From: Octopus sinensis
Taxonomy: Eukaryota
DNA length: 64,000 nt
NCBI RefSeq assembly: GCF_006345805.1
Contig: NC_043002.1
Coordinates: forward strand, 14,198,001-14,262,000
Reading direction: 5' to 3'
The notes under the pieces were generated by a model. It was not told the DNA's origin and searched no databases. It saw nothing but the letters and a program-made list of their open reading frames with translations. Positions 1 through 13,183 of this stretch are shown here, one piece after another (the stretch's first letter is position 1; each line of letters begins with the position of its first letter). The translations under genes were made by a program, and so were the position numbers.

Positions 1-132
1 TTCCGATTGTTTTGGAGTACCTGATTGATGGATCTCTCTCTAGCATTGGATTATTTTGACTTATTCGTTCAGAGAACGCAATCTCTGCACCTTTGATCAT
101 GATTTATATACATACATACATACAGTCATACA

Positions 133-201
<69 letters not shown>

Positions 202-203
<2 letters not shown>

Positions 204-595
204 ATAGCAGTATCGCCGGCGTTGCTCGGGTTTGTAAGGGAAATAATTATATAAGCATTTTTAGAGATGTAAGTATAATAGCCATCTCAATATGGCTAAC
301 CACAAAGGGGGGGGTTACTGTAGCTTTTTACGTTCTGAGATTTAATAATAAATTTTAGAGAGTTACTTCCCTTATATAGTGTCAAAAATGTATTAAAAAT
401 GGGAAAAATTGATGGTAAATTTTTTTAAATCGTAGACTCATCGTAGACGCGCGCTAATACCCAGACGGTCTCGATATGAATCACGACTATAAGATACCGG
501 TTTTGGTTAAACTGCACCGCAAAATGTTGGGAGTAGTAGTTAGGAATCTAAATCGTAGGAGCCAGACACACAACCTCACTTTTATATATAAAGAT
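202..595. mobile_element. Non-autonomous Helitron/Helentron-like (HINE/DINE-1-type) element
   Basis: Begins TAATAGCAGTATCGCCGGCGTTGCTCGGG (short subterminal inverted repeat) and ends CTTTTATATATAAAGAT. These termini resemble Helentron-associated elements. No ORF; sits at a (TA)n tract. Confidence 0.55.
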
Positions 596-699
596 TTCCT
601 CTATTTACATAATATGAGGTCTCTTTCTTTCTTTTGTTATCTTACTGTTTTTACCAATATACATATATATATATATATATATAATAAATATATATATAG

Positions 700-1021
700 T
701 TACAGAGATGTACTTGCATAGCAAGTGACTTGATCTGAGATCGTGTGCTGGAACGAAAACAGTTGCAGCGTTGAAGGTGTTTATAAGCCATTAAGAAACA
801 CACAAAAACGTTAGATTCACTTGAACATTTAATTTAATTTGTCAAAATATTTTCATCGCTTTGAGACCGCGAACCTGTTAGCACGATATTTTGGTCAGTG
901 AACAGGTCGCGGTCTCAAAGCAACGAAAATATTTTGGCAAATTAAATTTAAATGTTGAAGTGAATGTAACGGTTTTTTTTGTGTGTTTCTTAAATGGCTT
1001 ACAAACACCTTCCACGCTGCA
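700..1021. mobile_element. Penelope-like pseudo-LTR fragment with inverted partial copy (foldback)
   Basis: Arms 764-879 and 901-1021 are about 115-bp inverted repeats. A second non-foldback copy lies at 43786-43990. Contains an HHR-like fold at 889-941. Confidence 0.55.
889..941 (+). ncRNA. Minimal type I hammerhead-like fold, G3-C8 variant
   Basis: TTTTGGTCA GTGAACA G GTCGC ggtctcaaa GCAAC GAAA ATATT T TGGCAAA: stem I, core GUGAACA, stem II (one mismatch), GAAA, palindromic AATATT stem III, UUU triplet. Confidence 0.5.
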
Positions 1022-1094
1022 TATATAAATACACACATATATATATATGTATGTATGTATGTGTGTATATGTGTATGCATGTATGTGTGTGTGT

Positions 1095-1317
1095 GTGCGT
1101 GTCTGTGCTTGTGATTGTCCTCCACCACTGCTTGACAACGGATGTGGGTTTTGTTTACATCCCTGTCACCTAGTGGTTTGACAAAGGAAACAGATAGAAT
1201 AAGTACAATGCTTACAAAAATAAAACTGGAGTTGATTCATAAAACTACAATTCTTCAAGGATTGCCCCCAGCATGGCCACAGACCAATGGCTGGAAAAAG
1301 CAAGAATAAAAGAATAC
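1095..1317 (+). mobile_element. SINE family B, diverged 3' half
   Basis: Similar to the body and tail of 8554-8975 (GCTTGACAAC, GATAGAATAAGTAC, CCCCAGCATGGCCACAG). Confidence 0.7.
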
Positions 1318-1380
1318 ATTCTCTGCTTTGGTCTTATGTCAAGGCATGAGAAGCTTGAGTTTACATGAAAGGCCTAACAG

Positions 1381-1645
1381 ACCTTGTAGAAACAGCAGCC
1401 AAATCTCCCTCAAATCACACCTTACTGTCTTATGTATGTATATATATATGAGCCAATGAGGGGGACCTCTACATGGTAGCTAGACCTGGTAGAAATAGCA
1501 GCCAAATTTCCCCAAATCACAACCTTACTGTCTTATCTATGTATATATGTATGTATGAGCCTATGAGGGAGACCCCTACATGGCAGCTAGACATGGTAGA
1601 AATAGCAGCCAAATCTCCCTCAAATCACACCTTAATGTCTTATCT
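1381..1645. repeat. Tandem repeat, about 2.5 copies of a 103-107 bp unit
   Basis: ACCTGGTAGAAATAGCAGCCAAATCTCCCTCAAATCACACCTTA recurs at 1381, 1484 and 1591. Confidence 0.85.
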
Positions 1646-2959
1646 TTCTGCTACTTATATTCGTCGTGTAAAAACTTTCCTGTCACACACTCACGCACAC
1701 CCACACACACACACACCACACACACGCGCGCGCACCCTCACACACACACAACGCGCGCACACACACCCACACACACACACTCACACACAACGCACGTTAG
1801 CTTACAATTTTATTTATATTTTGCGTGTGTATGTGTTGAAGAGGAAGTGGGAGGCAGAGTGAAAGAATCACTCACTACAGTAAGTAAATTACTTTCATTT
1901 TATTCGCTGCCCACTGTTTGTGTGCGTTTGCGTGTGCTGTAAACCAGACTAAGAAAAGCATTTGACACACACACCAGAACGTGAGTTTTCTGTAAATTTT
2001 GCTTAATTGGAGTTTAAATTTTAAAAACTGGACCTGGCATGACGCGATGCATTGTACTCTCAAAAATGCGAGGTAAATTGTAATTGAAGAAATCCTATAT
2101 TGTAGATTTGCATAACTCCCAAAGGGAGGCAGATAAAATCTGCCTTTTATAATAAGAGATATAATGTATGTATATATATATATATATATGTATATGTACG
2201 TATATATATATGTATATATATATATATATAATATATAGCGAGAGAGAGAAATAGATAGATACGTCTATATAAATGTATGTGTATATATATATGTATATAT
2301 ATATGTGTGTGTATGTGTTGTTGTGTGTATATATATAATATATATATATATAGAGAGAGAGAGATAGATACGTGTATATATATATATTTATACTGACTCA
2401 ACATATATATTATAAGTATATGTATATATAAATATGTGTGCGTGTATATACACATACACACTAACACATACATATATGTATATATATATATATATACACG
2501 TACATAAGTATAACTTATATTACTAATATACTTTTGAGGAACATAAAACTAATATTTGCCACTTCGCGTTTCCCTCTACGGATCTAATATCCTCTCATAT
2601 TGTAGCATTCTCGAAGTTACTCGTACGTAGTGAAACTACCAATCAATAATATCAATAATGAATACAAAGGCATATTGATAGATAGAACCATCTGTAAAAT
2701 ATATTAAAACTCACATTGAATTTTAGCAGACAAAACAGACAAAAGACAGTCTACCGGAAAAGTCAAACGAACAGTTATTATGAAAATAATGAAAGATTTT
2801 CCAGGAGAATTATTGCACAAAGGTATATTTTACTAATACTTAGAATATATAATATTCAGTTATAGAATATAAAGAACGAAATATAGGGTACCATTTTTCG
2901 TGTAATAGGAAATAACCTGACAGAAAATAGCACCAACTTAATTAAAACTTAGAAAATAT

Positions 2960-4030
2960 CATAACTTGTAAATAACTTTTCCAGTTCAATGCGAGACAAA
3001 ACAACACTATTCTCCCAATTTGACGATGGTTGTAATAAGAAGATTTCTCATGGAAAAAAATGTTTATGAGCATTAACGGAGGACTGGCATTGTATTTCTA
3101 CAGCATGGTATTATGTACATATAAGAAAGGTTTTTATGGAAACGAAAGAAAACAATGACTGCGTGGCAGAAAACGGACTTAGATTATGGAAGCACTCCGT
3201 CGGTTACGATGACGAGGGTTCCGGTTGATCCGATCAACGGAACAGCCTGCTCGTGAAATTAACGTGTAAGTGGCTGAGCACTCCACAGACACGTGTACCC
3301 TTAACGCAGTTCTCGGGGATATTCAGCGTGACACAGAGAGTGACAAGGCCGGCCCTTTGAAATACAGGCACAACAGAAACAGGAAGTAAGAGTGAGAGAA
3401 AGTTGTGGTGAAAGAGTACAGCAGGGATCACCACCATCCCTGTCGGAGCCTCGTGGAGCTTTAGGTGTTTTCGCTCAATAAACACTCACAACGCCCGGTC
3501 TGGGAATCGAAACCATGATCCTACGACCGCGAGTCCGCTGCCCTAACCACTGGGCCATTGCGCCTCCACACTTAGATTATACAATATAACAGAAAAGATT
3601 CTACAATCTTAGTGGGAGACATGGCCGAATAAATATTGACATGATCGATGTTTAACAGCATTGGAAGTTCTCCAAGAGAAAATGTTAATAGAAAGGGTTT
3701 TCGAAATTTCCTAAAAAACAAGAGAAAACAAAAAAAGAAAAAGAAGAGTAAAAAGAAAAAAGAACACAGTTTCTACAGATTCGAAACAAGGAAGATATAA
3801 ATAAGAGCTGTATGACAGAATGTTGCTTAACAAAAAGTTTCGAAGATGAGCGAATCATACTAAAAATATATTTGCTATATTGCAGACGTTTTTTTGCAAT
3901 TTTTGAATACTAGAATGAAAATATACACTAAGTAGACGTCAGCAAAAGCAAGTAGACTGAAAATACTTCATACTAATATCTTTATTAGAACATATCGCAA
4001 AAAAAATTCCTTCCTCGTAAACACACGAAT
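2960..4030 (+). pseudogene. Possible highly decayed Penelope-like reverse transcriptase remnant
   Basis: Scattered motif-like translations NNFFQFN (about 2972) and YIADVFL (about 3876; compare RYVDDIF). Many stops and frameshifts; interrupted by a SINE. Confidence 0.3.
3188..3569 (-). mobile_element. tRNA-derived SINE family A, tail type 1, full length
   Basis: Minus-strand head GGAGGCGCAATGGCCCAGTGGTTAGGGCAGCGGACTC with B-box-like GGTTTCGATTCC. 11-bp TSD ACTTAGATTAT at 3177-3187 and 3570-3580. Confidence 0.9.
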
Positions 4031-4750
4031 AACATATATACACACATGTAGACACATTTACATCCAGGAACCGAGTGCGTAAAGCGCATTAAATAAGACA
4101 TCGGTTTCTAAAGTCAACATGAACATAAGACTACTAACTCAAGCAGAGTATACTTTCAATACACAGCTTACGTACATAGCATTTGTTATGAGACGAATGA
4201 TACTACGTTGACGCCTGCTCTATACTTCACTTAACACATTACGCTGTGTACTGGTAGAAAGATCGAAAATCTAACATTCCGACAAGTTATTACAACTTTA
4301 TGAATGGGTCAGTAACTATACATTTCCTATCTTGACAGTCTGTTCAAATTTTTGTTTTCCAATGTTCTTTTTCTTTTTTTTGCAGTACTTTTATCCATCT
4401 CTTAATAATTTTATATTTCTTCCGTTTTCGTTGGTGTTTTCTACACTTTGCATTGCCGTCGATCTTTACAACCATCTCTACTATTTTAGATAGTCTTACA
4501 ATATCGATTACTTTCTAAAACACACGAAGCTTATATTTATATAAAAGAAGATCGATAGATGATGATAACATCAACCGTATTATATAACTGGTAGGCATTA
4601 AATTTAATTCAAATTCAGAAAAACGAAATGAACGGTTGTATGTATTTGAAATCCAAAATTGGTTCTATAGGCGAGAGGGTAACATCCAAGATTTCTAGTG
4701 GAAGGGTTAGGGCAGAAATTTTGGAAGCAGTGAATTAATCGATTACATTA

Positions 4751-5515
<765 letters not shown>

Positions 5516-5769
5516 ATATATATACCGCTAATGTATTTTTAGGTGTTTAATTTTGTTTTATTAATTTTTTATAAATTTTATAATTTTATAATTTTAAAGT
5601 CTTTTAAATATCTCTTTAAATTGTTTTTTTTTTCGTATTTCTTTTATCGACCCAGAAAGGAATAAAAGCTAATCAACATTGGGGATTAATCTCCCAATAT
5701 AAAGAGTCATAAAAAATATCTTTATGCATTTTGTTCGACGCTCTAACGATTCAGCCAGCTCGTTGCCTT

Positions 5770-5975
5770 GGGTTCAAGTTTTGACAGAAGACCAGAAATT
5801 TTAGGGGGGAGACGTAAGTCAGTCATATCGAACCCAGTGCGCAACTGGTATTTATTCATTCATTTTATGGACCCGAAATGACGAACGTGAAATTCGACCT
5901 CAGTTACAACTGAACTCAAGAAGCCGGAAGAAATGCCCGTAAGCACTTTGTCCGACGCGGTAATGATTTAGCCAC
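5770..5975 (-). mobile_element. Old diverged SINE C-related copy
   Basis: Degenerate match to the SINE C central domain (ATCGAACCCAGTGCGCAACTGGTA, GACCCGAAA, TTCGACCTC). Confidence 0.55.
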
Positions 5976-6454
5976 CGTAGTTGAACTACTAAATACAACT
6001 CAATTCGACCATCCCCGACACTTTCACTCAATTTTAGCATTTACAGAATGTTTTGGTGATCTTGTATTTCCTAAAAACGCCATCTTAGTAAAGAGAAATA
6101 TAGTTCTTCAGACAGGAAAGCGAAAATGGTAAATGGAACCGGAAATTGTTTCAGCAACGTCTTATGTTTCCATGTATGGCATTCGCGTTTATTATTTAAA
6201 AACTTGGGAATTTTTCTCCTATTTCTTATTTGTTTAAAGAAAAGTCAAGAACCAAACGAACGGCGCGAATATCACGTGAACCATATATTTTTAGAAAGGT
6301 TCGATTATTTTAGGAATATTTAATGTCCTTCTGCGCTGACAGAGCTTTGCTGACAGGAAATTGACTAACATCTTCACCGTAAGAAAAATGCTACGAAAAA
6401 TATATTCATGAACTACTGCTGTTGCTTCTGCTGCTGCTGCTACTACTACTACTA

Positions 6455-6517
<63 letters not shown>

Positions 6518-7112
6518 TAAATGCTCTGATGCAGTACCAGGCAGTGGCTCTAATGGTTACTGATCTTAACTGACTGGAAGTGTTATCATGTACATGTTTC
6601 GTCTTGTTATAAATAAAAGATGGGCTACTGCAAATATTATGTTCAATACCACAGATTTGCTTATCAGTTGCTTGACCTTAATTAGTTGAGCTTGTCCTTT
6701 AGTGGCTGATGATATGTGCATTTCTGATCACGAGCAGAAGTAGTAGCGGAGCATCATAACCATGTGTTGAGAGGAATTCTTTGGGGTTTGGATAATTCAC
6801 TTTTGGAAACGTGTTTTTCATTCTTCATCCTTAAACAAACCTTATTCAGGGACCTTTTGAGCAGGATGGGCTACTCAACCTAAAAGAAATTCTAACTGGG
6901 CACCACCTGCAAGGTCATGGGCTATTAATCTTGATATGAGATCACTATGTCGCGCACATATGTTTGTGATGCATGTGTCAAGAGTACACTTATCAGACGG
7001 GTAGTCATGATGGGTATACTAGGCTTCGTATATTTTACGCCAGTGCCACTTTGATGGCATGCAATGCTCTCTCACTCAATAATAATAATAATAATAATAA
7101 TAATGATAATAA
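6518..7112 (+). mobile_element. Probable 5'-truncated non-LTR element 3' UTR between (TAA)n tracts
   Basis: About 560 bp of complex non-coding sequence ending CTCTCTCACTC then (AAT)n. Preceded by (ACT)n(AAT)n. Confidence 0.45.
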
Positions 7113-7289
7113 TAATGATGATGATGAGGATGAGGATGAGGATGATGAGGATGATGATGAGGGTGATGATGATGATGATCTCGATGATGATGAAGGAATC
7201 TCCCGTCCAAGACTATGTATGAGTGTTCAGCTTTTCGATGAACCACTTTCACATATGGTTTGGTTATAGTGATCAAATGTATGTGTCGC

Positions 7290-7466
7290 TCATTAGCCCT
7301 CACTCTCCATCAATTCGACGTTGCCTGCACGCATCAGGTGTCAAAGTAATCGGAGAGCAATGTGATATGAAATGTTTTGCTCAAGAACACGACGAACTAC
7401 CCGGTCTTGTAATCGAGACCAAGACCTCTCGACCGTGAGTGCAGCACCCCCAACTACTTGACCATG
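7290..7466 (-). mobile_element. tRNA-derived SINE (family E), diverged
   Basis: Minus strand has a tRNA-like head then GTGTTCTTGAGCAAAACATTTCATATCACATTGCTC. Related to 42268-42581 and to the head of 30153-30463. Confidence 0.6.
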
Positions 7467-7544
7467 ATAGCTACCATTCCTGTCGATTTCGGTGTATGAG
7501 TACCGGAAGGAAAGGTTTTGAAACAAAAAAAGAAAGTTATGAAC

Positions 7545-8150
7545 TTTAAAAATAAAAGTTGCACCTATTTTCGATGGATGCGTGAATGTAATTTAAGTCC
7601 AAGTATGGATTTTACTGTGAAGTCACAATTGGGATACTAATGATTTTCGTTATGTCTGGGATTGAACACACGTCTCTGTTGATTGCAGGAAATAATTGTT
7701 TTCTTGTGCTGTTCCTTTAACCCTGTTTCGATGCATCATCACACCTTTTATAGCATGCAAATCGATCTAAGGAATAAATTTCCCAATATGTCAAATTAAA
7801 TAACAAAGATTTTAATGACTGTTGAGCATTTCTTTTATTGCGGTATTCCTCTTCATTTTAGCCATGCAAAAGAATTTTCGGAATGCGATCAGCTTTCATA
7901 AGAAGAACATGTCCTACCAATATGTACGGATTACTCAGCAGCACGCTTTTGATATGGTGATATACAAGGAGGTACCCAAATGTAACTAGAAACTTTCCGT
8001 GTGGGACAAGCCCGTTGTAGTTCACACCTGCGGCATAGAATGCAACCTTTAGGCATCACTCTGCTGACCTGCATCGTCGTGTGTCTTCGCACTGTTTCGT
8101 GGTTCGTTTTGTTGTGCAGTACTTTCACCGTGTTTGTCAATTTTTGTGAT
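7545..8150 (-). pseudogene. Decayed RTE-clade LINE, C-terminal region
   Basis: Minus-strand translations TNTVKVLH, VSRVMPK and CELQR resemble RTE TNTEVL, VSRMP and GELQRG. Terminal C2H2-like PNCDFTVKSILGLKLHSRIHRK* near 7560-7640. Confidence 0.6.
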
Positions 8151-8553
8151 AGCTGAAACGAAGGAACATCGTGCTTTTGGAAATTTTACTTTCAGCTGTG
8201 GTAAACGGGGGCCGAAACAATTGTCATGCCTCAAACAAGTTTACGAGTGGTTTCCACACTTTAGGAATGGTCACTTGTCGCTTGAAGTAATAACAGTCCC
8301 TGTCAGTACATATGCATACAATTGTGTACTTTCACTTCAGTATTAGAGTTTTTGAGCTCTCATTTCTGGCAATGTGGATTTTCAATGTAGGTAACGATTA
8401 TAATTTTCCTTTTTGATAACACAATGCACACTGCTGTCTATATCGATTACACACACAAACACACACACACACACACACATGCATGCATATCTAGTCAGAC
8501 ATATGTACATACGCACATACATCATATACATACTATATATATATATTATATAC

Positions 8554-8975
8554 ATAGGCGCAGGAGTGGCTGTGTGGTAAGTAGCTTGTTTACCAACCAC
8601 ATGGTTCCGGGTTCAGTCCCACTGCGTAGCACCTTGGGTAAGTGTCTTCTACTATAGCCTCGGGCCGACCAAAGCCTTGTGAGTGGGTTTGGTAGACGGG
8701 AACTGAAAGAAGCCCGTCGTATATATGTATATATATGTATGTGCGTGTATGTTTGTGTGTCTGTGTTTGTCCCCCTAGCATTGCTTGACAACCGATGCTG
8801 GTGTGTTTATGTCCCCGTCACTTAGCTGTTCGGCAAAAGAGACCGATAGAATAAGTACTGGGCTTACAAAGAATAAGTCCCGGGGTCGAGTTACTCGACT
8901 AAAGGCGGTGCACCAGCATGGCCGCAGTCAAAATGACTGAAACAAGTAAAAAGAGAAAAAAAAGAGAATAAAAAA
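8554..8975 (+). mobile_element. tRNA-derived SINE family B, full length
   Basis: Head ATAGGCGCAGGAGTGGCTGTGTGGTAAG with GGGTTCAGTCCC. Tail GGCGGTGCACCAGCATGGCCGCAGTCAAAATGACTGAAAC plus A-rich end. About 10 copies in the window. Confidence 0.92.
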
Positions 8976-9016
8976 ATATATATACACATATAGATATGTA
9001 TGTATGTATGTATGCT

Positions 9017-9060
<44 letters not shown>

Positions 9061-9427
9061 TAATGTTCTTATGTATGTATACCCAAATATATTTTGCATA
9101 CAAGTTCCGCCCTGACCTCACAATTATCACTAATGTCAGCAAATATGAATTAAGACGACACGTTTCTTGGGCTCAGAGAGAAACAAAGTCAGTTATTTAT
9201 TGCCTGCACTGTAACATCAGTTATAGTCTGGAATTATTAATCAAATAACAGACAGTCCTCTATTGATTTCCTTTATAGAAAATACAAATATAGTTGTGAA
9301 AAAGTATATTTTCAATAAAACATAGAATAACTGCTGACTAAAGTGTCATTACTCGCCAACATACACACCAAATAAAACATATTTTTTCATTGTAGAATTA
9401 TGTCGAACATATATTATAATATGTATG

Positions 9428-9475
<48 letters not shown>

Positions 9476-9491
9476 TATATATATATTATAT

Positions 9492-9522
<31 letters not shown>

Positions 9523-9549
9523 GTATATATATGTATATATATATATATA

Positions 9550-10530
9550 GCTATGCAGATGACACAAAAGTCTCCCACGCAATACAAAACCCCTAAAATA
9601 TTGCGCATCTGCAACATGAGCTGGACACAATATACAGGTGGGCTGAGGACAACAACATGCAGTTTAATGCAGGTAAGTTCCAGGCCCTGCGCTACTGGCA
9701 CACAAAGGTAAATGACGTGAAGACTGGATACACTGGCCCAGGAAGAATTGCAATCCCTGAGTCAAAATCAGTGCGTGACCTGGGCATTGACATGAGCAAT
9801 GATGCTCTTTCCAAATGCATATTGCTAATCTGGTGATAAAATGCAGACGGCTAGCTGGATGGATTCTCCGAACTTTCAGAACAAGAGAGAAGGAGACACT
9901 GATGGTCCTATGGAAAACATTTGTCCTCAGCCGCTTGGACTACTGCTCCCAACTTGGTCACCACACAATATAAAACAAACAGCAGAACTCGAAGCAACTC
10001 AGAGAAGCTACCACAAAGAAAATCGTCTCAATGCAAAATGTCAGCTACTGGGAAAGACTGAAGGTATTAAACCTCTTCTCCCTGGAGCGGAGGCGGGAGA
10101 GATATGCAGTTATATACATCTGGAAAATCCTGGAGGGTCTTGTCCCAAACTTTGGCATTCAAAGTTACTCCAACCGCAGAACGGGGCGCCGCTGCGTGGT
10201 GCCAAGGATTCCAACATCACCATCAAAATACAGTCCAGATACTGCAACAGCTTGGGTTTCAGAGGACCACAGCTCTTTAACATCCTCCCTAAATGCCTGA
10301 GAGACTTACATGGTGTGGATGTGGGTTTCTTTAAACTAAACTGGATCTCTTCTTGTTGGGAGTCCCAGATGAACCTACCTCACGACAGGAGACGGATGCG
10401 GGCAGCAGCATCGAACTCCCTTGTTGATCAGTGCCACGTATCAGAGGTGGATTCACAAACTAGTGTAGCTCATTCAGCGGTGGTGCCCCAGCATGGCCGC
10501 GGCCTTCGGGCTAAACATTTTAAGGATTTA
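9550..10530 (+). mobile_element. 5'-truncated LINE, same group as 13184-17111
   Basis: Starts at YADDTK; includes YSLERRRERYAVIYIWKILEG and LGFRGPQLFNILP with frameshifts. 3' end GGTGCCCCAGCATGGCC. Confidence 0.9.
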
Positions 10531-10735
10531 AGGATATATGTATATTATATATGTATATATATGTATATATATATATATATATGTATGTATATGTTATATA
10601 TATATATATATGTATATATATGTATATTATATATATATGTATATATATGTATATATTATATATATGTATATATATGTATTATATATATGTTATGTATATA
10701 TATATATATATATATCTTATATATATATAATATTG

Positions 10736-10777
<42 letters not shown>

Positions 10778-11044
10778 TTAATATATATGTATATATATGT
10801 ATATATATATATAATATATGTATATATATGTATATATATATATATGTATACTTGATACTTTGATAGGTTTCGGCCATTATTGCCCAGGCCATGTCTAACT
10901 TAATAGCACCACCTGGTGAAGGTCTTTCAAGTCAGAATTCGGGCACTATGGCCCACTCTCTATAATATGTATATATATGTATATATATGTATATATATTA
11001 TATATATATATATAGATATATGTATATATATATGTATATATATG

Positions 11045-11075
<31 letters not shown>

Positions 11076-11300
11076 GTAATATATATATATGTATATATAT
11101 GTATATATATGATATATATGTATATATATGTATTATATATATATATATGTAATATATGTATATATATTATATATATATATATATGTATATAGTTATATTA
11201 TATAATTATATATATGTTATATTATATATGTATGATATATATGTAAATATGTATATATATATATGTATATGTATATGTAATGTATATATATATGTTATGT

Positions 11301-11348
<48 letters not shown>

Positions 11349-11680
11349 GTATATATATATATGTATATATATATATATGTTATATATATATATGTATATA
11401 TATGTATATATATATGTAAGATATTATGTATATATATATATATATATGTATATATATAATATATATTATAATATATATATGTATATATATATTATTATAT
11501 ATATATATGTATATATATATATGTATATATATATATTTATATATATATATGTATATATTATATATATAATATATGTATATATAATATATTATGTATATAT
11601 ATATATATGTATATATGTATATATTATATGTATATATATATATATGTATATATATATAATATAATATTAAGTATATATAT
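10531..11680. repeat. Long degenerate (TA)n/(TATG)n low-complexity tract
   Basis: Nearly pure T/A with scattered G, interrupted by about 110 bp of complex sequence at 10855-10965. Confidence 0.95.
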
Positions 11681-12132
11681 ATCCGGTTCCGTTTCAGCAG
11701 AGAAAGACGTGATTGCCTTTGCTCTGTGAAAAAGTTTGCATAGAACGGCGAAATAACCCACTGTAGTTGCAAAACGTAAAACTCTAAGTCACAGAGATCA
11801 CTACAACACTTTGGTTTAAAAATATTTAAAAAAAAATATATATATAAATATATACATATACACAGTAATTTTCATTTTCGCCGAAACGCACATGGTGCAA
11901 AAATAACTGAATCAAGTTATCTCCTGCAAGAAAGAAAAAGAAGTATCTCTCCTGAAAAAAATCCCGTAAACCAAAAAAAAAAATAATCCAGACCACATTG
12001 TTGGATTAAGTATCAATTTCATCTATTTCATATTTTATTTTTATTCTATTTTATCTTTCACTTTAGGCCCACATCTAGTTAAAGTTGCGATCGTCATTTG
12101 TTTGTTTACATTTTCAATAACTGTTCTCGATA

Positions 12133-13125
12133 TAATAATTTTCCAGATACTCTATCTTCTAATTAGCCTTAAGATTATTAAATAACGTTTATATTGATAC
12201 CGTAAAAGCAAATTAAATTAAATAACGTTTAATATTGTTTAATATTGTTAATAATTATTGTTAATTAGCCTTAAGATTAAATTAAATAACGTTTAATATT
12301 GTTTTAATATTGTTAATAATTAATAATTTTTCAGATACTCTATCTTCTAATTAACCTTAAGATTAAATTAAATAACGTTTAATATTAAAAACGTCTAATT
12401 AGCCTTAGGATTAAATTAAATAACGTTTAATATTGTTTAATATTGTTAATAATTATTGTTAATTAGCCTTAAGATTAAATTAAATAACGTTTAATATTGT
12501 TTTAATATTGTTAATAATTCTTCAGATACTCTATCTTCTAATTAGCCTTAAGATTAAATTAAATAACGTTTAATATTACCCACACTCTAATATAATATTA
12601 ACATTGCTAATATATTTTCAGATACTCTATCTCCTGATTAGCCTTAAGATTAAATAACGTTTTTATCCACACTCTAATATAATATTAATATTGCTAATAT
12701 ATTTTCAGATACTCTATCTTCTAATTAGCCTTAAATTAAATTAAATAACGTTTAATATTAATATGTCTAATTAGCCTTAAGATTAAATTAAATAACGGTT
12801 AATATTGCTTAATATTGTATATATAATTTTTCAGATACTCTGTCTTCTAATTAGCCTTAAGATTAAATTAAATAACGTTTAATATTACCCACACTCTAAT
12901 ATAATATTAATATTGCTAATATATTTTCAGATACTCTATCTCCTAATTAGCCTTAAGATTAAACAACGTTTTTATCCACACTCTAATATAATATTAATAT
13001 TGCTAATACATTTTCAGATACTCTATCCCCTAATTAGCCTTAAGATTAAATAACGTTTTTACACAAACTTTAATATTGTTAATATTTCTTTTTCAAGTAC
13101 TCTATCTTCTAATTAGCCTTAATAT
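12133..13125. repeat. AT-rich modular tandem array abutting the LINE 5' end
   Basis: About 13 copies of AATTAGCCTTAAGATTAAAT interleaved with CAGATACTCTATC and CCACACTCTAATATAAT modules; about 310-bp higher-order repeat (12575 vs 12885). Confidence 0.9.
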
Positions 13126-13183
13126 CTTCCTGTCTTCTCTCGAACATAATTAGATAGATAAACGGATAGACGGATTATCCAGC

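Noticed and set aside
8214-8225. GAAACAATTGTC, a hammerhead-like stem III and cut site
   Set aside because: No CUGANGA-type core or stem I partner upstream; lies at the edge of an RTE remnant.
10538-11772. Many Y/I/C/M-rich ORFs here and at other (TA)n, (CA)n and (TATC)n tracts
   Set aside because: Translations of microsatellites that lack stop codons in some frames; no coding signal.
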